Assembly (NCBI GenBank): GCA_051941275.1
Contig: JAVEBF010000047.1
Span: 1 to 40,348, forward strand
From: Dirinaria sp. TL-2023a
Lineage: Eukaryota
DNA: 40,348 nt
Direction: 5' to 3'
The position numbers were made by a program, and so were the translations under genes. Positions 1 through 11,997 of this stretch are shown in pieces. How positions within the stretch are numbered: position 1 is the first letter of the stretch; each line of letters opens with the position of its first letter. The notes below the pieces were generated by a model. It had not been told where the DNA came from, did not search any database, and saw nothing but the letters and a program-made list of their open reading frames with translations.

Positions 1-677
1 CCCTCATCCTGCACCCTCTCCCGCCACGACCTCGGCGGCTTCCCCTGCACCATAACCTCCAGCTGCGGATCCGCCTTCTCTCTCGCCTTCACATACCCAT
101 CCCTCTTAACCACTCTTCCCAGATAGCCCAAAATCCCCTCATACCCAGTCAAATCGAGGGGATAAAACAAGCGCATGGTCGTCAGCGAAAAAACAGTCAT
201 GATATCCGCGACCGTGAACTCTTCACCAGCCAACCACTCATTCCTCGCAAGCCGAGCATCCATGAGCGCGAGCAGGTTGGTGAACCGTTCGGCGCGCCGC
301 GCTGCAATGTCGCTGCCGCCGGACGACGAGGACTGCTGCTGCAGGAGCAGCAGGATACTCGGCTGTAAGGTGCCGTTCGCGAAATGGAACCAGTAGATGT
401 AGTCCGGGTAATTCTTGTGCGAGGCTGGCAGGGCGAGCCGCCCTTGCCCGCGCACGTTAACGATGTATTCGATGCAGGCGGCGGATTCGGCCAGTGTTAG
501 GGGCCCGTCTTGGATGATTGGGGCTTGGCCGAGCGGGTTCAGGGTTTTGAGGATTGGAGGGGCGAAGATCGGCGCGCGCTGGTACAGGGTCAGGGTATAG
601 GGGATTTGGAGCTCTTCGCAGAGCCAGGGCAGGCGCTCGGATTGAGAGGCTTGGAGGTGGTGGATTGTTAGGGGCAT
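1..677 (-). CDS. Glutathione S-transferase, GTT1-like; 3' end runs off the window
   Basis: ATG at 677 opens an unbroken frame to the edge (absent from the ORF track because there is no stop): MPLTIHHLQASQSERLPWLCEELQIPY...NPLGQAPIIQDGPLTLAESAACIEYI...YWFHFANGTLQP...WLAGEEFTVADIM. Shows the GST N-terminal SxR/LxELxxPY, cis-Pro and ES motifs and the C-terminal GxxFTxADI motif. Confidence 0.93.
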   Translation of the reverse strand, partial: MPLTIHHLQASQSERLPWLCEELQIPYTLTLYQRAPIFAPPILKTLNPLGQAPIIQDGPLTLAESAACIEYIVNVRGQGRLALPASHKNYPDYIYWFHFANGTLQPSILLLLQQQSSSSGGSDIAARRAERFTNLLALMDARLARNEWLAGEEFTVADIMTVFSLTTMRLFYPLDLTGYEGILGYLGRVVKRDGYVKAREKADPQLEVMVQGKPPRSWRERVQDE

Positions 678-681
678 TTTC

Positions 682-704
682 TTTTTTTTTTTTTTTTTTT
701 TTTT
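682..704 (+). repeat. 23-nt poly(T) tract, i.e. poly(A) just upstream of the GST start codon
   Basis: Uninterrupted T run 682-704, 4 nt from the minus-strand ATG. Confidence 0.9.
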
Positions 705-1242
705 GGAGTTGATGATATCACAAGCGTGTGAGATCCAAAGGAGCTATTCAGTTGGTTTGCGAGTTTACGTGGTATTAACCAATCGCGCGAGCGATAGACA
801 GGGGTGAAAGTTACTTTTGAGGCACTGGGAGGCTTTTCAACAACTTCAGCTTGAAGCGGTCGGGAAGTTATATGAAGAGAGTGAAGCTCGAGTACGCGCT
901 GTTACTTTAAGTCCGTGGGGTTAATCCGGGTTAAGATTCGCCCGACCCGCTTGCCAAGCTTTTGCATCGTTTTCTGCTTGTCATGGCAAATTGCTCGGTA
1001 TGGTGGAATCATTCAGACTCACTACTGATAGGTGCGGAAAATGACTGTTGCAGTGCGAACTTACCTTTCTCTGCGAGCTGTATGCTTTTTTTCCAACGGA
1101 AAAACAAGGCAATTGGCCAAAATTTCCTTTTGGGACTCGGCAATCGACCGAATGTAGGAATTAGGTAGCCAATTATGCATCCCAGGCCCTACATTCATCT
1201 TCTCTGAAGAGATTTTTCTCTTTCGTAGTCCGAGGAAACCGC

Positions 1243-2813
1243 TCAGTCTTTCATCAAGACGATGACGCTCTCGGCTTCCGGTACCTCGTTCCAAATACCC
1301 TCGACCTTGAGCCCGGCTTTCCCAACGATGTCGCGCCATTGCTGCTCCGTCCGCTCGATCGCTCCAGCCACACACATCATCGCGATGTCGCGGTGCACGG
1401 CAACCAGACTGGCGTCTTTATCTTGGATCACCATTTCGTTGATGATGAGCCTGCTGTAGCCGGGCGTCATCGCAGCGGCGAGCCGGGTGAGGATGGAGTG
1501 GCAGTGATTGTCGGGCCAGTCGTGGAGGACGTTGCAGAGGTAGTAACATTTGGCACCTGTCCGTTATTAGCCGGCGGCTGTGTTCATACAGAGGGTTGCC
1601 ATAGAAGAGTGGATATTAATGTGCATGAGGGAAATGTCGAGTGAAGGCATTTGGGAAAATCACATTGAAACTGACCTTTAATGGGCTGCTCAGTAAAGAA
1701 GTCATGAGCCATAGCCTGCACTCCAGGCATAGCTGGAGCTTGCTTGATCGTGTTTGGTAGGTCTTGCAGGATGAATTTGCCCGGTAAACGGGGGAATCTC
1801 TTCTTGATGGCTTCAATGTCGTGACCCGTCGCTCCACCTACATCCACAAACATCACCCCATCATCACCTCCGGAGAACCCTTTCAGGAAATTCTCTTCCA
1901 GCGGGTAAAAGTCGAGCCAACTCGACCTCCCCTCCCGCTGCTTCGTCAGCCAAAAGTTGAAAGTTTGCAGATCCTCGGGGTTTTTGGGGAACCATTGGAA
2001 TAGACTATCCTCGGTCCGGAAAGCGTCCTGGAATGGGCAGTGCGTCCCGTCATCCGGATTCCGATATCCAGTTCTCTGCAGGAAGTCGGGCAAAGCCATG
2101 GTCGGGCGGCCTACCACGTCATAGGCGTGGTTGATACCAGCCTCCATAATAGGCGTACTCAAAGTGCGGGTGATGTGCGTGGCTTCATAGCGGTCGACAT
2201 CTACTTCCCCAATTATGCGCGTGGCCGCGAGGAAGCGAAGGAGGCGGCGGAGGAGCAGTGGATCTGCTCCTGCTGCTTGAGCGAGGCCTGCGCTAGATTG
2301 CGGGCTAGGGGAATTGACAATGGCCTGGAGTAGCTTCAATCTGTCCATTTTCACGTATGAACTTAGCCAATCCTCTTTGTTAACAGGGTTTTCGCTATTC
2401 TCATCCAGCGTCCGAAGCAAAGTAAAGAATTCTGTGGCTCCGGCGCCGAGGACTTGAAAATTGACGATCTACGTAGGAAATAATCTGCCTACCTGTTGGC
2501 GATCCGAACAATGGTAGTGGTCATTGGCTGAAATATGATGTCAGTCTTTGAATCATCCTTTGCTTTTTCCAAGTAGGACACATGATTGTCCAGGAAGACG
2601 TACATAGTAGGCAACCCGGTCAAAAGTCTCCCCTGGCGATTCAAGAGCGAGAGCCAGTTCCAAAGCAGCTTCTCTGAGCCTCTGACGGTCGTAAGCCTGG
2701 CTGGATGCGCTGGATGGTAAGTGCTCTTTGAGAGCGTCAATAAGGCCAGGCACTGCTGGGTCTTCCTTGATCGCTGCTATCTCAGCCTTATCTAGTGGCG
2801 TCTGCGAAGCCAT
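1243..2813 (-). CDS. SAM-dependent O-methyltransferase (COMT/OmtA-like, Methyltransf_2), 4 exons, ~407 aa
   Basis: Exons 2813-2604, 2527-2493, 2340-1676, 1556-1243 joined by GT-AG introns give an open frame. Motifs: FVDVGGATGH (SAM binding), ILQDLP, HDFFTEQPIKGAKCYYLCNVLHDWPD, LIINEMV, ERTEQQW. Confidence 0.93.
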
Positions 2814-4469
2814 TTTGAGAATGTGCAGAACCCTATCACCCAATCTTTATCAGTCTTTTTTTGGAGTCAGTGATGTTTCGAGCAATATAGTCGAGGAGAT
2901 GCCGTAGGTAGGTTGGCAGCACTTGGGAGGTGTGCGTAGCTCAAATACACGCCTGTGCCGCAGTGAATGTATTAATAATCTGACTCCTGTTCTCTGGTGA
3001 AAGATTCCCCCCTGATACAACTATTGGCTGTCCTGGGCCGTCGAGATTCGGAATTCGGTTCTCCTTTTTTTCGCACTTCCCGTTTCCATTCTGGGAATTC
3101 GCTGGTTTTCAGTGGAAGTCCGCAGTGCACGGAAGTCCTACCGAGTTTGCCTGTACTGACTCACAACCTTTCTGCTTCGTTCTTGAAGCTGCACATTTTT
3201 TTGCAATTGCTGTAGCATATCGCTACCCATCTGTGTCGAATGTGCTCTCACACATCTCATTGAGGAATTCTCTACTCGTCTACTGCACCTCTGTGGTCGT
3301 TCTCTTCCGCTCTCTTACCACACACTACACTGCATAACATAAAACTTCTCATACTACCCACATACTACCCAACACATTACTTAGCCTCTACATTGTATTG
3401 GAACCTGGCTCTTTGCCTCTCACGTTTGTACCAAACTGCACGCTTTAGTATTGTCCTTTCCAGATCAAATCTCTACTTGAAATCCAATCTGACTTCAAAT
3501 ACCGCGCATATCTCCAGTGCATGATCACAGCAGACAACTATTATCATGTGCAACGGACCTGAGCGCAAGAGCAAACCTTGATAGTACAGGCGACAATAGA
3601 TGCAGTCAGCAGCAGAAATTATTACAGCGATAGGCTTTCAACAGTCAGAGACGTCTTTTAGGATGCTGCTAGAAAGCGGACTGGAGCAATTTACTCCGGA
3701 CATAGATTGGACGAGCCCGAGGCAACGGCCTTGTTGCAGGATCTGGCTACTTTTGGCGCCTGACGCTGGAAGATCGAAGTGGGCAACTGCGAATCGATGG
3801 GAAGGTGATGAGCGATTGGTGCGCGGATCTGCACGATGGGGGGCCAAAACTTACATTGATGGGGCACGGACTTTCGCAGGTATGAGTAAGCCCACACTCT
3901 GAGCCTTCTGTGTGTGGAGGACAACACGCCTCCCCACGCATCCATACACCCGTGCGCGGCATCACAGAGGATTCTGGCAGCCCACCTGACATCTCTGTAG
4001 GCCTGGACACGGAAGAGTACAGTATTCCCGTGGAGATCTGCGTAATTGACAACTTCCGTGGCTTTTAAGCCTGCAAGCAGACCCTCAGCGTAAGTTTGCT
4101 CATAGTCTTATTGGTGCAACCAGCATTGAACAAAGCACAATTCACCTGGCACTTATGTGACTTGTTTTCTTCAATAAATGCAGTTTCCGGGAACCTTACT
4201 TAGACTCCTTAGATCGGGGTGCCAAATAGTAATTCCCGCATTGTACGAGTACCTTACTGAGCATGCCACCCTTGTATGTCATAATAAGCATTTGTGCTCG
4301 GCTTGATCCCTCCATGATTGATAGTAAGCAATCTCATCACGCTCTGCCTTCTTGGTCTTTGCTCAACTCTTCTAAATTTCCTATCTAATACCATTCTGTT
4401 TCTTAAAATATTTCCTTTTAAGCATGTTCACGAGGCCACCTTTGTCGATCATTCTTTCATTCGTGAACA

Positions 4470-5817
4470 ATGTCTACGTCACCGATACCAGCAGGTGGCG
4501 ATGGCAACAGAGCCGGCGAGCTGGATGCTGTAGCATGGACATGGGCGGCTGTAGCTAGCATTTTTGTTGCCTTGCGTGTGTATAGTCGCCTATACATCAC
4601 GCACAATATATGGTGGGATGACCACGTTATAGTTCTTAGCACGGTATGTCCTTGGCCATTACATAGTCAGTTTAACTTATTCGATGAACGTTAATCTCGT
4701 CGCGTTCTTTCAGCTTCTTATGATAGCGTTCACAATCTTATGGACCGTGCTTGGGGCCAAATCAGGCTGTCGCCATCTCTTCTATTTGACGCCGCAACAA
4801 GCTATGTCCGCTTCCCGGCTGAACTGGATTACGCAACCTGTTGCCATTATGGCGCTGGCCCTAGGAAAGGTCTCGGTTGCTCTGCTCATATTGCGCATCA
4901 TGGGCAAGAGCTTTTGGCGGAGGATCTTTCTTTACTTCTCGATGATCAGCGCCATCTTGTTCTGCGGGCTCGCAATTATTTTCACCTTCGCCCAATGCAG
5001 GCCAGTACAAGCGCTATGGAATCCAGCTTTGGTCCAGATGGGAAAAGCCAAATGCTGGAAACCGCAAACACAAAGCAATTTCTCGATCTTTGTAGGGAGT
5101 ATGTACATACCTGCTGTTCGCCCCGCCGACCTCTTTGAGACCACAGTAGCCCGGCTAATCTCCGATCGTGCTGCAGGCTGGCTTGCTTTCTTGGACGTAG
5201 CGCTCGCCACTGTCGCGATAAGCGTAATCATCAGACTCCAGCTGCCCGCCACCAAGAAAATCCTCCTCAGCTCCCTATTGGGCCTCGGCATCTTCGCCGC
5301 CGTATGCGCTTGTATCAAAACGTCTCTGATCCCATCCATCGATGCTCGATCCGACATAACCTGGGAGACAGTGACCTTATGGATCTGGAACGCGAACGGA
5401 TGCGGCGTCGTCATCATCGCGGCTTGCATCCCGACACTTCGGCCTCTGTGCCTGATCGTGTTCCGGCGACCCGGCAGACAGGCTTATACCGGATCTAAAG
5501 AGAGTCGAACGTACGTGCAAGGCGGCAGCAAGCGAGGTTATTTGCGCAGCGGGAGTCAAGAGCGAGAAAGAGGAGGGATTTATGATTCGACCAGCGTAAT
5601 TAGAAACGTGGATGCGCAGGAGAACGAGGCGAGTTGGTTGGAGATGGGGAATATGAGTAGTGAGAGTGGTGATATCAGGCAGGTTATCGATGTCAGGGTT
5701 GAGCGGACAGATAGGAAGGCAGACGATACTGCGGATCCGCTTGGGGGTAGGAATAGGGAGACAAAAATTGTCGGTGGTGGAGGGAGTACTGACGCTTTAC
5801 GCAGAAATGGGAGATGA
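4470..5817 (+). CDS. PTH11-like fungal rhodopsin-domain integral membrane protein (no CFEM), 3 exons, ~399 aa
   Basis: Exons 4470-4643, 4714-5098, 5177-5817. Motifs FVALRVYSR, WWDD, GxxRH, KVSVALLILRI, QCRPVQALW, LGLGIFAAVCACIKT, IIAACIPTLRPL; about seven hydrophobic segments. Confidence 0.9.
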
Positions 5818-6462
5818 GGTAGTATCATACTAAGCTTGGCTCAAACTAAGACTCTCGATGTCTTTTCTACTGCTTGTTTCAGATACCTGCACAAAAGCAT
5901 TGCCAGTAAACTTGGGGAGATTCACAGCGAGGCCTCGTCCTCGGTCGCGGGTTTCCCCGGCTAGCGCGGCTAACGGGAGGCTGCTCCGGGGTCGCCTATG
6001 ATCACCGCCCAGACGATCTAATTTGCCACCTAGACTTCCCAAGCGGCGCCTGTAACCGCCCAGACGAGACTCATCCAGCTAAGCCCGCTAGCGAAGACTG
6101 GCAGTGTGAATTAACATCCAAATAAAATCATTCCTCCCAGTAACAATCGACTGACGAACTATAGGTCATCGAGATGAAAGACAATAAAGCCGATAATTAA
6201 TTTCATGGTACGGAAGTAGATTCTGATATAATCAAGTGCAAGTTGGGAGAACGACTTAAAATTGAATCGGGCTGCTGTCACATTATGTGATGGGAGACTT
6301 CAAATGACTTTTTTTTAAAGCAGGAATTTTTTCTGCAACAAGCATTGCATACATATATAAAGCGTTTCAAGGGAAGATTAATGCATATCCATCCATCCAA
6401 CACGCGTTTCCAACTGATTAAGATTACCACATCCACGGAGAACCGCCAACGCAAGCAGAATG

Positions 6463-7878
6463 CTACTCAGGCCCATCAAGGATGTCTTCGTCCGAGCTAT
6501 TACCAGGCTGAGGACCAAAGATTCCATCGCTGTGCTTTTCCCTATTCAAACAATCGACATCGGGAACATCTTCCTTGACGACATCTGGTGGATCCGGTGA
6601 GCGGGAATCCGTAGCAACCCCATCACTATCATGACTATTAGCTCAAAAGCGTTTTGCGAATACAAGGTACCACGAGTCATACCTTACTTACCGAGGACGT
6701 TCGCGGTACCCTTCAGCACGACGCGGGCCATCGGACTTGGGTTTAGATTTGGGCTTCTGTGTAGATGCACCTGGCCGGTCCGTCTTGTGTTGAGTCTTTT
6801 TTCCACTATCATCGCTTTCGTCGGTGGTGCTGTCCTCGAGATCTTCTTCGCTCTCAGACTGATAGAAAGTCTTCGTGTCGCGGTATGCGCTATAAGCCCT
6901 AGTCGGCTTGTGATTGGCTGTTTTGTTTGCTGTTGGCGCGGCGTTTTCAGGCTTCTGCCTCGCTTTCCAACGGGCTACTTCTCGATCGTATTTCTCCCTC
7001 TCTCTAGAGTCTGAGAGTGTATCAGCCGCAAGCCCGACATTTTTCGACAGCTCAATCATTTTGGCCTCGTCCAAAGGTGCAAGATTTTGCCCCACAAATC
7101 GGTCAGGATGTGCCTCGATGCGCTTCTTCTTGGCTGCTTTGAGGATCTCTGCATTTGTTGCAGTAGGTGAGATACCCAGGATTGCGTAGTGATCTGGGGG
7201 TGGTGGAATTTCTTGCTTCGGTTCTTGTTTAGGTGCTTTTCGGGTGTTTCCATGGTCGCTTGCTTGTGGTTTCTCATGAGTGGTTCTTCTGGGTCTCTCG
7301 CCTGGATTTTTTCCCGTAGCGCCAGGTCGTCGCTCAGCGTATCCTTTATTTTTATTCCACCTTACCCCTCCTGTCCTATCTGTAGCTTCGTCACGCAACT
7401 CCCTTCTCAGCTTCTCAGCTCGCTCTCTCGCCTCTTTCAGTGCGTCCCGCTCTCCCTTCGATTCGGTTTCGGGCCCCCTGCGCTGTCGATATAGCTCGTC
7501 ATCTTCGTATAGAGCTCGCCTTAGCCTTTCAACGCGCTCTCTTGCCGTTCTCGCCGCGTCCCATGCGTCCTCGGCATGTCTTCGAGCGTGCCGTGCTCCG
7601 CTTTCGTACTTGAATTGCGATCGCGAACCTGCAGGAGAGAAGGGCGCACCTTGGTCGATACCATCGTGGCGTGGACAAGGGCAGCGAGAACTTTCGCGAG
7701 GGTGTTGCCGACGCACGTGCTCAGCCAGATCGCAGGCGCTAGGGTAGTGAGCTTCGCAAGTAGAGCAGTAGGTTGAGGCGTGCTCACGGCTATAGTGGGC
7801 TTTTTGTGCGTCTCGAGTGTCGAAGCAAACCTCTTGGCAGGAAGGATATCTACAAGTATAGGTGCTTGTCGACGCCAT
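6463..7878 (-). CDS. Protein with two N-terminal C2H2 zinc fingers, a coiled-coil and an internal J-domain (class C DnaJ-like)
   Basis: Fingers CRYPSC...HYSREH and CSTC...HVRRQH; J-domain DHYAILGISPTAT...AHPDR...LSDSREREKYD with intact HPD. The ORF-track stop at 6688 overlaps a GTAAGT donor; a predicted intron 6691-6626 (GCTAAT branch) extends the protein to TAG at 6463 (~449 aa). Confidence 0.8.
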
Positions 7879-8601
7879 CCTTCACTTGCGTCGGCTTTCC
7901 CGTTATTCACAGATACAAGACTGTAAAGGAAGATGTACAATGCTGAGATAGTCCTGCTACCAGTTGTTAGAAAGAGCTTTTGTTGGATGCCGCAGAAAGC
8001 GCTCTTGCACCTTGCTTCTGTGAAATTGTGGGAATCTGTATTCACATATAGTGAGCGGATATTGCCATTGTCTTGTTGATTGATCTTGGGGATCAATGCA
8101 CTTGTATAGTGCTTTGTCCTCTCCGTGTCTCATATCCGAGAATGGAAGGAAAGTGAAACACTCCTTTGTCTATTTCGCAGAATTTGTCTATTGTCTTTTT
8201 CTCTTGGCCAGGAACGTCCAACACGTTGACCCCATGCAGATGACTAAAACAGATCACACTGTCTCTGTATCCGTACCACGCTCAAAAGAGCTTGTTACTT
8301 TTCATACACTGGTAATGTCAAGTCATTGGTGGGTCGACACTGATTTATGAATTTGAGCATATCCATACTCTCGATTCGAGTAGCAGCTGCTTCAAGTTAT
8401 CTGGATACGTAAGCAATTCCACGATTTCTAGTTTGAAAGGCTTTTTATTCTGTAATGAACTGGTACTATCATGATTCCTTCATAGCTCTCGAAGATTGAA
8501 GCATTCTGAGTTTAGCATTTCTAGCAAGAAAGCTTCTCAATCAGTCCTCAGAAAAGAAATCGATCAAATGACTTTTGTGTTGTCGAAAAACCGTCTCACT
8601 T

Positions 8602-11600
8602 TTATTGCATTATAATCTGCCACACTATACTCCCTATTATCACAAATAGAAGACTGCCAATTTGGCCTCTGAGCCCTGCGCCTTGGCCCTGAAACCCAAG
8701 GCTGCCGATAGAAGAATTGCGTGGTATGTCACTGAAGTTCACAGTACCAGACGCTGTTGCGGGGCTTGAGTCGCCCTTAGAACCGCCTATGATGAGCGAA
8801 GCAAGACTAGGATCCCCGTCAGTCTTCGTGCCCACGACCGGATGTCCCTTAGAATTGATGTAGATTGTTATATTGTTCAAAGTAACGCCAGATTTTCCAG
8901 GATGGAATGTGGTGCCTGAAACAACGATTCTGCCATGCTCGGCTGTGATGGCTTCTCCAGCAATGGTGGCTGACATTTGCTGTGCACCTATCGTAGGTAG
9001 AGAGAGGGTGTGGCTACCTACAATCAAGGCAGTGTGATGGAAGACGATAGGGGTACCGGAAAGCGTTATCGCTGGGTCTCCTGGGCTTAGAGTTGTCCCT
9101 GCAGCCTCTAACGCAGAAGGAAGAAGAGTAATCGACGCTCCTGCGACTGTTGCGAGCAATGTTGTAGCGTGTGATGCTCCCTGTCTGCTATGGGATAATT
9201 CTGGGATGAAAATGTTATGTGAAGAGTCAAGCGAGACTGTAATTCCTGAGACGATGGCTGCAGGGGAGCCAGGTGTCAAGGTGGCGCCTTGATAGACATA
9301 CCGTCCGCTTGACAGGGCGTGGATAGATACGCCGTCAGGCAGTGCTGTAGCGAGCACCTTAGTTGTTTGCGGAGAAGGCAGCTCATAAGTGTTCACTCCA
9401 ATAACGATATGGCCAGCATCATCCATGGAAATGCGCGTCCCGGCAACAGTCACAGGGTCTTTACCTTGGATTATGGAGCTTCCATGAAACACGAAACCTT
9501 TGGAAATAGGAGTCATGATCTTTGTACCAACTGTTATTGGCATTTTCGACTTCGAAGTAAGATGATAGAGATGCAGGCTGCTAACAGATGAGGCCTCCTC
9601 GTCCTTCTCCGTTGATGTCACACGGGGTTCGGGCGCGGATGTGCTGCCTTGAGCGACATATAGTCCACCGGAACCATCAAATGGCGTGGCGATGGTTGTT
9701 CCGCCATCAACAACGATGCTTGGCCCAAGAGGAAAAACGGAGTTCTCATAAGCATAGGTTGACTTACTGTCATGCGGTACGTCTACGAGATGACTAGCAG
9801 AGCCTTGGGAAGTTGGGCCGTTGCCTATGCTAGACCTAGAAGGCACTTGAGGATCGGCTGATAGTGTGGGACTGACTGGTTTGACAGATTTGTAAGTACT
9901 CGCCGGTAGTTTAGGACCAGCTATAATCGAAGGAAGTGGTTTTGGTGCGGGGCTTTGCGAGGGTCTTCTCTGAGTTTCGCTTCCTGATTGAAGGCTCACT
10001 TTTGAATCAAGACCAATCGGTCCAGGGCGATTGATTAAACTTTCTGTAATGGATGGTTTTGCTTTGATTTGTGGGTCACGCATTGTTTTTGCTTTAGGCT
10101 GACTAGCTGGTCGACTAGGGTCCTCTTTAGTACTTCGCATTTTTGACCCGAATACAGCCGACGGCAGCATGTTGGCGACAGGATCTTCCGTTGCATGTTG
10201 ACGAATGTAACTAGCTGGCGGATGCGGGCTTTCTTTTGTATCAGGACCATCAAGCTCAGGACGAAGACTATGTCCGCTTGATTTAGGCCCAAATGAAAAA
10301 GTCGTACTTGTCAATTCTCTGGTTTTCTCCGGTTGGTTTAGCTTAGGGGTTGCTGCTGGCGATGGTGGTGACTCGCTGCTAGCAATGCTGCCCGACATCG
10401 GAGGACTTTTTTCTGGATTTGGGGCTGGCTTGCCACTTGGAGTTGAGTTTTTGGTTGTTACTGGAGCCATCCCCGCCACTGGAGTCAGAGCTCTAGGAGG
10501 ATCGAAGGCAGTCAAGTCAAGTGCCATCCCACAGCCGGCCCAACGAGGATCTAAGTGGCTCAATTTTGGCGGTAATGCAATATAAGGAATATACGGCTCG
10601 CCTGCAGCAGGCGTGTACCAGTTTTTCGACTGTACGAGCATTAGCTATCGCTGTCGCAGTGAGAAGGCGCTTCAAATACCATAACTGCCGGAGGAGGGCA
10701 CGGAAGATCTCTGAGATTGAAGGACTGCGGTAGAGGGAATTGCAATGGTATTTCATCACCGATCTCATTGTAATAATAACCATCGTAAGTGGACAGCTCG
10801 TCGGTATGGAAGGCTATGAGCTTTGAAGAAGAAACGCCAAGCAGCCCGCAGGAATCTGTAACACCAACCCAATCAAAGTTCAGGTACAGCGATGGAGATG
10901 TACTATTTTCAATTTAGTCAGACTCCTCCCGGGACGAATTGGTTCATTTTTGACTCATACAATGTAAGACCATCCTGAGTAACGACTTGACTCAACAATT
11001 CCGCTTCCTTACTCTCTCCAGTACTTGTTAAAGGCAGGGTTGAGAATGAACGAGCCTGCATTGGGTCGAGGTGTGGTAGTGAGGTATTTCTCATCATAGA
11101 ATCCGTTGAATTGGTTTTGCATTTGAAGGGTTGGGACCATGGATTATACCACTGCTGCTTCATGGTCAAGGATCCGACAGTGGTCAATGTAGCAGTCGTA
11201 ACATATCCATTGTTTTTGCTAATCTCAGTAGTACCTCCGCCTCCAGGGACTGTGTAGCAGCCCCAATAGACGATTGAACTATTTCCCCACGCAGAATTGA
11301 AGGTCGGTACCGTGGTAGCATCGTAAGTCCGAGGCACAGTAGCGTCGCCAACGATAGATAGACATGATTTGTTAGCATCGCTTTGAGGCCAATAGTAAAG
11401 TCTCACGGCCATGCCATCCGCCAAATTGCAGGGTCCGCAGCACGTGTCCCCTGGGGGAAGCTGGGCTGTAAACGGGCCTTCTGTCAAAGAGCCTGCGGCT
11501 TGTCGGCACTGAGGGGATCTGGCGAAGGATAACACATTATCGAATGCTGCTGAAGACGCTTGAGATAAATTTCGGCCATTAACAGTACACTGGCAAGAGT

Positions 11601-11997
11601 GACCTCCAAAACAGACGTTTCCAGAGAAATTCTGGTACCACGTTGGAAATTTCAAGCTCGCATGCTCCTCAGTCCCGGTGCACGACTTGTCCCATAGCAC
11701 GCAAACCTCGTCGTAACCTGCCAGCGGATCGGAAGCGGCTTTGCTGGTGCGAGATCCACATTCCATGGTGTAAGACTGTAAGCCTGTCGCAAAGACTGTT
11801 TGAATTGAGCCATTCTTCTCCAATATCGGTACATGCCTTGTGACGTTGTACTTGGACTGGTTCCAACCTATCGAGTGCGATACAATGCCTGTGAATGGAA
11901 GAAGTGTACGTGGGTGGAAGTTTCCATAACAAAGTGCACAGGTAAAATAGCTAAGGAGTATACAGAAAGGCGCAAAATGAGCGTGAGCCAACAACAT
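8602..11997 (-). CDS. Large secreted, probably GPI-anchored Cys-rich/Ser-Thr-Pro-rich surface protein, 3 exons, ~1095 aa
   Basis: Exons 11997-10961, 10902-10680, 10629-8602 join two track ORFs via GT-AG introns. N-terminal signal peptide; Cys-rich domain (VRLYYWP, FTSPSLYL, DLPCPP, LDPRWAGC, FDPPRALTP); S/P-rich linker; repeated G-T-x-L-x-P-G-x-P-A-I-T-x-S-G-T-x-I-S-L-like units; hydrophobic C-terminal tail. Confidence 0.82.

Noticed and set aside
175..600. Plus-strand ORFs 175-396 and 415-600
   Set aside because: Antisense shadows of the GST gene.
2341..2420. N-terminus of track ORF 1584-2420 (MLRTLDENSE...)
   Set aside because: Lies inside the predicted OMT intron 2492-2341; the ORF's C-terminal tail is likewise intronic.
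3600..4052. Overlapping ~100-aa ORFs in the OMT/PTH11 intergenic region
   Set aside because: No recognisable motif or consistent splice model.
6631..7776. Several plus-strand ORFs
   Set aside because: Antisense to the J-domain gene; explained by its codon bias.
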